A stretch of DNA of 64,000 bases from Tubiluchus corallicola (Eukaryota > Animalia > Priapulida), in NCBI GenBank assembly GCA_030141605.1, contig JAQGDQ010000421.1:62001-126000 (forward strand), read 5' to 3'. The notes beneath the pieces were generated by a model. The model was given only the letters and a program-made list of their open reading frames with translations. It was not told the origin of the DNA and searched no databases. A program made the translations under genes and the position numbers. Below are positions 13,701-26,300 of this stretch, one piece after another; the stretch's first letter is position 1; each line of letters begins with the position of its first letter.

Positions 13701-16700
13701 AACAAAAATATCCTGAAATTCGAAAATTTTGCGTGAACAGAAACTAAAAATTGTTTCGACATGATGGTGTTGTATTTGGCAATAAAATGCAAAGATTTGC
13801 TTAGCTTTTCAAAGGCAGAAACTTAAAGTATTAAAGCTTTGACTTGTGGGAAAATATTTATGCCTGTTGGGAAAGAGTTAATGTATAATTTTCAAACAGT
13901 TTGTTTGTTTAACTATGCATTAATACAGGAACTATTGCAAACACTACTCGTACATTAGCCATTAACGTGAATCAGTAAACAATTATTACCTTTAGTTACC
14001 TTGCGGTTACCCTCTTTACCCTCTTCTGTATGGTAGTTAGCAATTTTCTTTCAGATATTGGTAGCAATGATGTGTAAACAACACTTCAGGGTTGTATCAT
14101 ATACCTTTCTATTTAAGCACTCCTATTTATGGCCTTAGCACAACACTTAGAAAACATAAATGATTTTGTGTACTATATTTACATGAATATATATATATTG
14201 GTTTTAGGACCAAGCTATTAGAGCAAAATACTTCAGTTCAGCATACAAGACTCCATCAGTGTTTTCAAAAGCTTTCTCATGTAGCCATTCAATGTTTTGC
14301 TGTTCCAACCGATTTACACAATTTTTGTTAGCACCCTTGAATTGGTTCACTGTAGATGCATCTACTGCTGCCTGAGGAAGCTCATTCCAAGCATTTACAA
14401 TTCTTTGACTAAAAAGAATTTTCTCAGGTCCAGATTAGCCCGTTTCTTGTGTATCTGCATATTGTGGTGTTTTGATGACCTGTTTCAGGGTTTGAAATTA
14501 CCAAATAAAGCAATTTACATTTATTTTCATGAAATGGAAATACTATTGTTATATGCTTAGTCTCTTCTTAACCTAGTTAAATAGCTTAATAAAGGTTTTT
14601 GTCTCGTACCATGTTGATCATTTATAGAAAACTTACTTGTCAGTCTTTTCTACTACAGTTTTATACATCAACAAGACACACACATACACGAATGATTTCT
14701 TTCAGGTGAGATATCTCCAGAGGAACTGGATGCATTGAACTTGGATGATTGCGGATTGCCGTTGGACATTTTTGGCAGAACTTCTGTCTGTTACCCGTAT
14801 ATGTGTCTCGCGTATATTGACAAAATATCAGAACGTGGGATACACAGTTTTGTTGGTGGGGCATCTAATGTTCTATTTAAGCACAAGAGACACTTACATC
14901 ATGTAGTATTCGATACAAATTGTAAGTCAAGTTACATACAATTGTATTTAACTCACTTAAACTCTATAACTAACAACTATTAACCTCATTTTGCTTGCCG
15001 TATGCAAAAAATAGAATTATTGCAAGATATCATAATGACAGAACTTCTATGATGACGTACCCATCAGAAGACTGGAATATGTCAGCATAAGTTGTTTACT
15101 GTCATGTTTTCAGGGAAACAAATACACAAATACAGTTTATGAGGTTTAACTCATTACACTAAAACTTTTTTTTAGTTTCGCAATACTCATTGAAGAAACG
15201 TAAGAACTTTACAATTTGAATATCACTTAGTTTTTATCGTATTTATCTGAACACTAATGTAAAGAACTTTTATAAGGCATAACTATTTTTACTGGTAACA
15301 TAAATCACTCCTGTACTTCTTTTCTAAATGGTATCATACTCTATTTGAGAAACTCAATTGAAGGACTTGTAGTATTTAAAAAAAATGCGTGTAGTTACAG
15401 AATAGAATGAGTGTTGAGGTGAGATTGTTTGTCAATGTGCATTAAATCTGCTAACAATGCAATGTTTTCTTAACTAGCTGGAAAACTGGAGGTACAGGAT
15501 CCTGAATTAAACAAGCAGTTATCTCTGACCGCAGCTGATTTGAGATTTGCTGATTACATCGTGAAAGTCGTTTCTTCCGTACATTATAGCGGCGCTTACG
15601 ATGCTAGTCAATGGGAAGGTGGAGATGACTGGATTAGAGTGCAGTTTAAATGGTAAACTCTTCTAACTGGTTTTTTCGTGTTGTGAGTTGTTTTATACCA
15701 AGGCTTTCTATCATCTAATCAGCCAATTGCTGGTATTTATAATGATGATTTAGATTCTTGCAAACGGGGTGATTTTTTAGATCACGGCTCCTTTTCACTT
15801 ATGTTCTAAAATGCATGTTTTATTACCTTTAATAATTTCCAAAGTGTCCTATAAATTCACATCCCATGAACATGGTTAGTGATTACTAAGTGTGAGCAAT
15901 CTCTACCAGAAAGTGAATTCGAATCGAACCAAACTTCAGTATTTTGAGTTTGAATTGAACTCGAATTGTGCATTGACATTGAAAGATATTCGAATAAGTT
16001 TTCAAACCACCAGTAAAAATTAGCTTTACAAAGATCATGCGTATTACTCGATTTTGTTCTGCAGGTAAAACCACTAATAACTTGTTTAAAATTGTGCATA
16101 GAATCACGACTAAATTATGCTAATTGCATGATGTTTGAATCATTTTAATGATAAAGAATGTATATGATTGAAGTGCCGAATTTTTCGAATCTGTTGTTTT
16201 AGGTTTGAATCGAATTTGAACTAAAAAAACTCGTTCGAATCGAATTCAAATGTTCGATGCTCGCCCCTAGTGATGACATAATTCTCGCTTACATTAATAG
16301 TAGACATCTTCCCCATGCACGTCAACGTCACACATGTTTGCCACAGTGAGGATTGCATTGCTATGCTGCTGTGTGACATTGACAATAAAAGAAAAAAGCT
16401 CAATAATTTTTTAATTTGCACTTTTTAAGTTCATCGTCGAATCGTAGTATGACATCAACTTTGATGTAAAATGTAGCTTTTAGCTCTAGTGTATTGTTAG
16501 CTATAGGTATTGTTAGGTGAAGCGTAGGTATTATTACTCATCTAAGTAATTATTCAGCTGCACATGTCTAACATTATAGAAATGAGTTACTAAAATAACT
16601 CTCTAGCTGTAAGCCATTCTTTAAAAAAACTAATATTAAGTTTTGCTTTTCACATAATGTTGAGTTACAGTAATTCTTACATATTACATATTTCTGTACA

Positions 16701-18235
16701 TTAGTTTACAGAAATTCTTGTTCAACGACTTCCTGTTTAGTGATGTTTCGTTTTAACGACGCTGAACATTTGACACCTTTTTTTCACTTAGTGACGCACA
16801 CTTCATTTTAACGATGATTTTTTACTTTACACAAAGTGAATTTTTATCAACAATTTTGTTACCTAATTGATGCATTAAAACAGTACATATACCATTATTC
16901 TCTTCTAAAAATGCACTAGTAATGTAAACAGTGCAATTATTGTCTACGTTTTTGCTTCCGGAGTGACTACTAACTAGTAAATACGTGGGAGTAAACTGCA
17001 TAGGAACTCTGCCTACAACCTGTTCCTATAGCAACTAGGCTAAGTGTCTAGATGAAATTCCCAAGGTCGTCTCAGGGCTTGTGTTTGACTCCTCAGTGTT
17101 TATTGTTTAACGTCTGCCTAGGCTTAAATGTTAACCTAAAGAGAAACTGCTAGCTAGGTATTTGTAAGAAAGACGTATAGGTGGTTTCATACAAGCAGAA
17201 AAAAATTAATCAGTAGAAATATGAATAAAACTCATAAAACATTTAATTTATATGAATTAAGCAGCATTGATTTTTGCCCCTGAAACGTTTCTCAGTTCTT
17301 TTACATTACTTTCTATGGAAGCCTTGGCTTTATTTGATGACGTTTCGCTTAATGTTGCGTTTTGCTGGAACACAGCATCATTAAGGAAGGCTTACTGTAC
17401 TACCTATTGTTGTGTATTACTTTTAGCAGTTGCTTCTCTGTTGGAAACTCTTTAATGTGGCACATTTTACTGCAGGTATCTGGTCTGCCTGTTATCCACT
17501 TGGTCGCAAAAAGATGTGCCGGAAGGTCAGAAGTCATTAGAAGATTTCAATATGAATTTCATTATGGCGTGGAGCAAAACGAATAATTTTAACGTGTGGA
17601 ACATTCGAAGTCATTCCAAGATGGGTGAGAAATTTGCTGGTCATCCTTTTAATGGACAGGTAATTATATTGTCTGATTTTCTTCTGAAAATTTTTATCAA
17701 TATTTTATAAGGTTAGCACCTCCAAATTTGTTAATGTGAAAAAAGTTTTTGGGCCGTTATTATTCATGAACTATAAACATCAAATATCTACCAGTCTCCG
17801 GTCATACCTCTTTATACTGCCTGCTACAGCACAGTAAAAAAAGTTGACGTTATAGCGAGTCTGGCATTATAACGAGTCGCATTAATACATAAATGTCTAT
17901 GTAAATATAGAGATTTTGTTTTGCTAAAAATTTGGGCATTAAGTGAGGTTGGTATTATAAAATGGGGCACTATAATGATGTTTCACTGTATATTTAATCA
18001 TTTGTGCATCAATAAAAGTAATCATTAATCTTGTTTATGTTAGATCAGCATGGCAGATATGAAACTGAGACTTCAGCATGTGCTGCAGAATTCAGAACGA
18101 GGTAAGAAGGTTAATCAGGCCATGCAAGAAACGGGGAAGGCTGTAATGCAGACGGGTAAAGTTGTCGGCTCTGCCATCTCTAGTGCAGGAAGTGCCATGT
18201 CTGGGACGGTCTCCACTTGGCTTGGATGGAGATAA
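4771..18235 (+). CDS. AVL9: Late secretory pathway protein AVL9 homolog (DENN-related), 12 coding exons, about 906 aa
   Basis: Exons 4771-4848, 5180-5370, 6455-6617, 7136-8264, 9508-9627, 9936-10009, 11564-11696, 11945-12010, 14706-14921, 15478-15652, 17476-17659, 18044-18235. All introns are GT-AG, phases join, total 2721 nt. Diagnostic AVL9 motifs: VLHVIVVGFHHKRGCQVDYSYPPL, LPSLALPDGAHN, TVFGVSCYRQI, VTRASVQKSVCV, RHKVLILFKLLLLERKVLFY, GLPLDIFG, LSLTAADLRFADY, WEGGDDWIRVQF. Confidence 0.95.
9109..9436. mobile_element. MITE with about 80-bp imperfect terminal inverted repeats
   Basis: Left end ttacatacatttcgaaattcactagttagacg...tagtgcctgcttttcggaaa is the reverse complement of right end tttccgaaatgcaggcactagagcgcgtctaactagcgaatggcgaaatgcgtgtaa. 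Region 8951-9320 recurs at 22202-22565. Confidence 0.7.
10468..11425. mobile_element. Cluster of Tigger/pogo-like MITE fragments in an AVL9 intron
   Basis: Two similar ends tacagtg(t/ta)ccctcgcta(c/t)ttcg at about 10468 and 10870. An end ...cccttatatccaaggttgactgt at about 11245. Segment 11265-11420 recurs at 17836-17990. Confidence 0.55.
12335..13401. mobile_element. Degraded non-autonomous DNA transposon with ACCCG/CGGGT-rich ends
   Basis: Left end tacccgtcgggtactcgggtacccg and right end cgggtaactacccgggtacgcgacgaaaacacta are mutually inverted and motif-rich. Confidence 0.4.
15915..16270. mobile_element. Degraded hAT-like MITE with TTCGAAT subterminal motifs
   Basis: Multiple ttcgaatcgaa motifs near both ends and a terminus ...gttcgatgctcgccccta. 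Confidence 0.4.
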
Positions 18236-18959
18236 TATTCATCTCTATATTGTTAACTTCATAAACACGTCATTGTGAATTTTGCAAAGATTTTTTGTAT
18301 GAACTACATTAGAGTATTTATAATTATTGTTAATAAACTTTGTTTTTTGGATATCACCACTTAGTTAACCAGTTATGCCTGAACTTGCCTTATTTGTATT
18401 AGCATACAAATTTTAGTTTTTTCTCAATATGTTTTTAGAAAAAAGTGTAAAAGTTGATTAAATCTTTAGTCACTAAATACCGACCAGTCAACAAAATACA
18501 CTGCAATACTGTCCCGAGCTATACGGTATTTTTATTTTATACAAATGTCTGACAAAAATGGTATTTTACTAAAATGAAAATTGATATCATTTGCAGTTTT
18601 ATATTTTCAAAATGATTTTAACACCGATCTCCTCGGTTACTTTTAATTTTGAATTTCTGTTTTAAAGCTAACCGTCTGATGATTGATTGATTAGTGTTTT
18701 TTATTTATGTATCAGTTTCACAGGTAATAATGATATAATATAATTAAAATTGACATTATAAAATGTGATTTAGTATTATTAGCTGATCATGTAAGCTGAG
18801 AGTAATAAGAGTATAAAATGCTATAATCTTTATCAGCTCAGCGGCATTAATAAATTAATGTATTTCAACACTGGCCAGGATTTCTACTTGGTTTTTATTA
18901 ATGTTTAGCAATATTACTGAAATTATCCAAATGTGGGAAATATATGTAACTACATCTTT

Positions 18960-19511
18960 TGGAGTTTATTACCGACCGGTTTCGAACAAACTGTTCATTG
19001 CCAAGGCATCTAAAATAAAGAAATTCAATTTAACAGAATTTAGAAAAAGTTGCAGTAGTACTGAATTTATTGACTGGTGACAGTCCATTTAAATCCAGTT
19101 ACAAATATTTCAAAAATTGCAAGTTAGGTTAGTTATAACAGAAATAAGATTATTTGAAAATATTAAAACACTCAAACAAAATGCATCGGATTATGTTGGT
19201 TCAAGCTTTTATATGATGACTGTATATTAGTAAAGCTAAAATTGCTATAAAGTTCTCTAAGATGGCCACTTTTCACACATTGGCACAGCAAGTGTTCTTC
19301 ATCCTATAATGTACACATACTTCATTCTGTAATGTCTGATATAAATTGTTAAAATATCTATAATTCTCTATAATGTTATATCATATATCTTTTTGGCCAT
19401 CTAACTACTGAATTGTATTTTGATGTTGTTTCTAATATGCTGGTAAATTTCTATGTTTTAGATGCTTTGACAACGAGCAGTTTGTTCAAAGCCGATCGGC
19501 TATAAATTCCA
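18960..19511. mobile_element. Inverted-repeat-bounded element, possibly a Penelope-like retroelement remnant
   Basis: About 57-bp imperfect inverted repeats at 18960-19016 and 19455-19511, containing a TGACAA(T/C)GA-stem-GAAA-CCGGTC motif that resembles Penelope-associated hammerhead variants. Confidence 0.45.
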
Positions 19512-21600
19512 TTCTATGTATTTCATTACTTATAGCATTAACGTATATTGCGAGTTTTAAACCAAATCTAGCAAGACTTCAGTTGTAGATCATTTTTTTA
19601 TTATATTGTACAGTGTATTCATTAATTTGAGCAAAAATTGAATAAAATAGAAACTATATGCCAAATTATAATGCTGTTTTTCATTTGACTATGTTTAGTG
19701 ATCATTTTATTTTTTAAGTTGGCACAGATTTAAGGGCTAAACCTTGGGTTTCATGAATTGTGACTTTCTTCTAAACAAATTAGAAATTTCGCATTAAATA
19801 ATAAATGATGGTTATACGCTTTTATTAACTAGTTGGTGGTGTTGGTATTTTTAATGATTATTTGATCTTTTAAAATGGTATTTATTTAACTGTTAAGTTT
19901 TGATATCTCTGTTCATATTTCAATTATCTATATAGGCTAGTCTAATCAAGCAACAAAAGTATGTAAAGCAGATTAGATTCAGTCAATTTTGTCTGGAAAG
20001 TGAAAACATGATGTGCTAAAAGAACAGATGCCTTTTTTAACCGGTTTATTAAAAAAATGTGAACAACCCCCAGCAGAGAAATGTTAATGAGGTTAATTCA
20101 AGTAACAAGTTTCATATTAACCAATCAGAGGAAACCATTTAAAAATAACAACAGTATGCATAACAAACAAGCAAAAACAGTACAATCCCAAATAATGTAA
20201 GCGTGCATTTTTTGCCAAACAAAATTCTGTATTCAAAAATTGTTTAAAAATTATAAATATAGTTACTATCACATCTTTTCCAAAAATGGTCAAGGTTTCC
20301 ACACTCATCATTTTTCCAAAAATTCGTCATGATCAACAGATCAATATTTCCAGACGTTTTTCACTTGTGCACTGAAGCAGTTATAAATGATGATGTAACA
20401 TCAATGTCAATGGTTTTACTGGAGTAAATACAGTATTATGCCACTGATAGATTACACATTACTCTCATAATGTAAATTTAACACATAAAAATGCTTGCTA
20501 ATTTCTGATTTCCAGACGTGTTGTGTTGTAGGTAAGCTTCAGAATCTCAATGTCATGTCATACGGAAATGGTACTGTCTTTGGTTTAGCTCCTTCACAAT
20601 TATTCAAATTGAAACATATCACAGTCAACAACATTTTAGCACACAAATGAATTATTAGCAACAAATAATTGAGAACAACCTCCAGTACTATACTAATATA
20701 ATACTTGTAAATAGGCCGACAAACAAATTATTACAATTATGTTAGTGCAAAACAGTCATGACTCAGAAACTCAAGTCTCATGATGTTCAGCATCCTTGCC
20801 AGCATTTTTGATGATGTTTGAGATGAACATCTGGCACCATACTGCTAGTCTGACAAAAAAATGGACAATTTTAGTTTGGCAACAACTATCCATACATGTT
20901 TTAATTACATTGGGGTGACTTAGTTACACTTTATAATATAACAATTTACATTTAAAGTCTCTATTCAATGATAGCAAATTTGAATGATAGTAAATTTCTT
21001 GCTGTGTACAGTGCTGCTGTACAGCGGTTCATAAAATAAGCTTTAGTGGTGACGTCACATGGCCTGGTACATTGCCTGCTGCTTTGGCTACAGCACCGAA
21101 AATGTGATTCAAAGTTTTTGACTTTGTATCGTCGCCGTAACATTCTACCACCTGTTGTATAATTAAAGTAGCTTTCATATTTTTATCTTCAAGAATTTAA
21201 TGAAGACCTCAACGTGAAAAATAGCAAAGTAAAAAAGCCTGGCTGCTTTTGGCTGTATTCATTTCTCTCAGATGACAGGCTGAGAAGAGTGTAGGTCAGT
21301 AAATGCAAACGAAGAAATTTTCAACCAACGAAAAATGCCCGAATATGTGAAAAACGTTTTTGCATTCAGATTTCATACAGATGTACTATCATTTGCTTGA
21401 TGAACACGGCGGTCGTAAAAAACCTGCTCCTCATATTAAACCTGACACAGCGCCGAGTGCGAATATTCCTATGCTAGTAGAAAAATTGTCTAGACAGTCA
21501 AGTGCTGCAGAGAAATTGAACTATAACCGGTATAATGGTGAAATTAACAGTTCAGTTATTAAAACAACAACAGGAATTTGTAATTGCTACTAGACAAAGC

Positions 21601-22100
21601 ACATGCGAGGATGAACATACACAAGTACACGCGAGGATGAACATGCACAAGTACACGCTCGGATGAACATACACAAGTACATGCGAGGATGAACATACAC
21701 AAGTACACGCGAGGATGAACATACACAAGTACACGTGAGGATGAACATACACAAGTACACGCAAGGATGAACATACACAAGTACATGCGAGGATGAACAT
21801 ACACAAGTACACGCGAGGATGAACATACACAAGTACACGTGAGGATGACCATACACAAGTACACGCAAGGATGAACATACACAAGTACATGCGAGGATGA
21901 ACGTACACAAGTACACGCGAGGATGAGCATACATAAGTACACACGAGGTGAACATACACAAGTACACACGATGAACATACACACATACACGCGAGGATGA
22001 ACATACACAAGTACACGCGATGAACATACACAAGTACACGCGAGGATGAACATACACAAGTACACGCGATGAACATACACAAGTACACGCGAGGACGAAC
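21601..22100. repeat. 26-bp minisatellite (CGAGGATGAACATACACAAGTACACG), about 19 copies
   Basis: Tandem array read directly. It generates the spurious repetitive ORFs at 21552-22188. Confidence 0.95.
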
Positions 22101-22201
22101 GATTTTTTGTGATCAGTGGAAAAATATTGTGAGAAGAAGTGGCTGAAGTGCAGCTGGGCTTAATTATGCAGAAGAGCAATTTACGCAAGTTTCATTTACT
22201 G

Positions 22202-22565
22202 TTTAAAGCAAAACCGGACCAAATTTTAAACTGTAGGTCAAAACAATCTATTCCTTAAAATACTGAAAAGAAACAAGCTATTTTTTTTTCAAAACAACTT
22301 ACATGATTACCTCACAAACAAAATTTCACATTCGCGCCACTAGTTCTTCACTGTTACATGCATTTCGCCATTCACTAGTTAGACGGGCACTAGCGCCTGC
22401 ATTTCGGAAATGCATTGGATAAAAAATAGGTGCTGTCCCTGCCAGTTGAGATGTGTTACTGTGTGATGAACAACACATGTTGAACAGCTCTTGCGTGAGT
22501 ACAGCGGTAAATTTGAAATTTTATCTTAAAACTTGCCTAGTTTTAGTACAACACACTGAATATCT
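22202..22565. mobile_element. Second, partial copy of the MITE region at 8951-9436
   Basis: Colinear similarity: tttaaagcaaaacc(a/g)gacc...actgtaggtcaaaa...gcgccactagttct...gagtacagcggtaaatt...ttttagtacaacacactgaatatc. Confidence 0.7.
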
Positions 22566-23167
22566 TACAGTAACACTGTACTTCAATTTTCGTTTTCGGA
22601 AACATGTGCAACAAGTTTATGGAACATTTTCGCTGTAGAAAATTATGTTAGTTTGTGATGTCATTAATAGTTGTGCTTGCGTGCTGTTAATTAAGATTTT
22701 ATTCCATTATTTATTTATCAGAAATGCTTTTGCAATATTAATTGTGTTAAAATGTGGACTTTTATCAAATTTGAAAATGGGGTACTATATGAAAAATCAT
22801 CCTGTCTTTCTTTAAGAGAATGTTCTCCTCAGGCGTGCTGTAATTTCAGCTCTTGCTGACCTACATTATTATTGCTCCAATGCCGTAAGTATTCTAGCCA
22901 TAGGCCAAGTGACGTCATCATTCATTTATTTCACCTGGAGATGCACAGGGGTAACTACATAGCATACTGTTAGCTACTTATAGACGTAAAAATAAGTTTT
23001 TTAAAGTAATTTGTAAGTAAGGTTGAATCAGCTTTCCAAACCTATATTTAACTAAGTACATTCAAGGTGCATATTTACCTCTAGACACCACCAGAATAGC
23101 ATGAAGACTAGCCATATTTTTTGAATATACCCACATTATACAAAAGGCTAGTTGTTTGTGAAAATCA

Positions 23168-23335
23168 CACAAAACAAAATGAGATGAGGTAATGCAAAGC
23201 AGGCAGGGCAAGAAAATGCGAGACAAAACAAAATGAGTAGGGATAATGCAAAGCAAGGCTAGGCAAGAAAAGGCGAGACAAAACAAAAGGAGTAGGGATA
23301 ATTCAAAGCAAGGCGAGGCAAGGCAAAACGAGACA
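23168..23335. repeat. Degenerate tandem repeat of about 55 bp, 3 copies, just 3' of the LMF1 stop codon
   Basis: Repeated acaaaacaaaa(t/g)gag...taat(g/t)caaagca(a/g)ggc...ggcaa units. Confidence 0.75.
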
Positions 23336-23375
23336 CACCTTCATTAGATCTTTGTCTTATAGATAAACTTCATCC

Positions 23376-26300
23376 TCATTTGCTTCTATCCTTTCCAGCA
23401 GCTGATGTGTTTTGTGGGTAGTAAGCTTTTGGATATTCAGGTATGGGCCAACCAAACTGACTAATTCCATCGACCAATACTTTGAAGTTAACAGGTGGAA
23501 GATAACTTCCCTTGTGTCTGTAAGTGAAAAAAGTGAAAAAAGCAGGGTATTACAGTTGTTGAAACTCATACTGGTGTTAGAAGAGATAAGCTACACTTCA
23601 AAACAAAGTTTGTTGTTGGCACGGGTGAAATAACCTCCTGTTGGTGTAACAGAAAAACATCATCATGCACCTCAAAGCAGAGCTATATAAAATAGTAAAG
23701 CAAAGCAGAGAAATACATGACAAATATTGTCTTCACTTCAAGTGTCAATATCATAATTCATATATCATATACTATAATATCATATAATATCATATACTCC
23801 CTCTTCCAAAAACAAATATAATGAAACAGTCATCAAAATATACTGCTATTAAAATATGGTCATCAATTCCACGTGAAATGAGAACTCTTAGTCTTCATCA
23901 ATTTAAAAAAAAACATCAAAGTATTACTTACTACAATGGTATAATTAACTCACAATTTTGCTCATCCTGATCTTAAGTTACTAACAAAACTTATTTTGTT
24001 CTAACGTACATTATAACTGATGAAAATACTATGTAATGTTAATTGTCAATTGTTCCTCTTATCTGGAGGAGGACTCGAAAGCTTAATGCTCCTTCCTCCT
24101 CCTCACAGTGACTCATGTATTTTATTTTATAATGTAATAACAATTTGTATGTATGATTGTATGTACGATTTGCTGTGGAACAAAGTTCATAACAAAGAGC
24201 TGTTACTTAGTAGCACCCATACGCATAATTTTCATAGAGTAAAATTTTTACTTCAAACACATAGCTTATACATACTGTATAATATAATATATAAAATAGT
24301 AGTTATTATTATAACAGTGCCACTATGTTCCTAACTATCCAGTTTCCTCTATAACAGCCAGTCTCATATCCTGACATTTCTTACGTAATGAATGATACAA
24401 CCAATAATATATTTGAGCTTCATATGTTGTTAAATTGTTACTGCTGGCAAGTCATTTAATTTTGATGAAGTTGTTTTCACGCTTAAACTGCAAACGGGGG
24501 TGTGTCAAATGTTTACAATGCCCTAGGCTGGTAGTGCTGTCCTGCTCATTCTTCCTGTGAATTGATGGTTATTTATACAAAGAATAGATTAAACAATTGC
24601 TTATGTTCTACTAGAAACACTATTAACCTAGTTTCTACAAGGTCATTATTAATAACATGTATCTGCACAGCGCTTATATTCAAACAGGTTACGCAACTGC
24701 TTGTTCTGTCATACCTTGCACCTGTTCGTTATGTGGCGCTTATATAAGACCTGAGTTCAGTAACTGCCTGTGGTGTGTTATAAAATGTGTCCTTTACATC
24801 CATACGAAAGTATACACATTTTCCGAGAATTAGAATTTTTTCTAAAATGTGACGCCCTCAAACTTTGGCACCATAGGCTATAACCTAGTTAACGTATTGG
24901 TTAATACACCCCTGAGTGTAAATGACAGAAAAGTTGTTGGCACTGTAGAATGCTGGTGTCCAAAAGATGTAAAAAAATGGAATAAAATGGAATGATGAAA
25001 AATGCAGGTAATTACTGATTTGACACTTAATGTAACAGACATGTAATAACTCAAATGATTTTACGTAACAGCTAAATAATGATTGAATGCATAGCTCAGG
25101 AAAACACAGTGTTAATAATAAGAAAAATATAGCCTACAAAGTGAAAAGCATAATATGTGCAAGACCTAAGCAAAGTCAAGAAAAATGCAGAAACCCTTTC
25201 ATTTCCAGGGTTTCATTTATTAAAAATCTAGGAGAATACAACAAACAAAAATGAATAAATTAGCATTTAAGCTGGGTGTTGTTCATAAAAGAGAAAATCC
25301 ATGTGTAATGTGAATAAACTAGCATTGTTCTAGTACTTACTTTTTTGTGTACCACTCTCCTCTTTTTGCTTGCTGGCTGCCTATTTTTGTAAAATGATAA
25401 ACAAAATGCTGCGCTCTCACATATCTGAAATAAGAAATAAACAAATAGAACACAACATGCAACACATTCCAACTTGGATTAGACCAATTATCATATTAAT
25501 ATATATAACAGTCCATTAAAAAAAGCATAAAACAATTTTTTGTTGCCCTTATGAATTTTAGTTACTTATCTAGGAATTACTTGATTATCTGATAAGTTGT
25601 ATGTGATTAATTCTACCTACATGTAGATACTTTGGGGACGTAATTAACAACAAAAATATGATAGCATCAACTCAGCCATTTTTCTACTATTACTTATGCA
25701 GGAAAACTGTCTCCTAGAAGTTTCATATGCCTCCAAGCATTGCAACATTAATTTTGTTGAAACGAACACATTTTTTCACTTATTATTGTGTGAATGTCTT
25801 TTTTACTACAGTATCCAATACTATAGTGTATTCATAAAAGTGTAAAGATTCATACATTACATTACCTAGGCGGATCTTTGTCTTTAAATGGATTGTGAGA
25901 AATTAAAGTCATAAAAAGTTCATCATTAACTAACATCTTCATGGCAATGTGCACCAGCCATGGGTTGTACTGGTAATTCTGAAAAAGCAATTAACTGATG
26001 TGACTACTTAATAACTCTTAGTACAGTATGCACCGTTTATTAGACTCACAGTTAATAGACTCAATCGCTTAGTTGATTCAATAACGTATAGTACGGCCCG
26101 CTTCTATTCAAATGTATATAAAAACTGTCAGTAATTGACTCAAATAACTCCACATAATTGACTCCATATTTTCGTTCTCATACTTAAACGAGACATTTTT
26201 AAATCAAAACCTGTCCAGCAAATCGAATAGATTACATTAAATGTCACCACAGATACATTAAAATTTGAATAAATGACAGCACTCGAGCACAATGTGTTTT

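Noticed and set aside
16975-17160. Hairpin ataggaac...gttcctat followed by ggctaag, suggestive of an HDV-like ribozyme
   Set aside because: I could not build the nested double pseudoknot by eye. More likely a retroelement UTR fragment.
20772-20849. Possible extra or alternative LMF1 terminal exon on the minus strand
   Set aside because: Acceptor-like site and short open frame, but no similarity to the LMF1 C-terminus. Exon 23517-23376 already supplies the conserved YLPP...GWP end.
21601-22100. Possible CRISPR array
   Set aside because: Head-to-tail units without unique spacers, no cas genes, eukaryotic context. The same applies to 29214-29493.
21552-22188. Three long overlapping minus-strand ORFs (155-209 aa) rich in Cys/Val
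   Set aside because: They are translations of the stop-free 26-bp minisatellite in all three frames.
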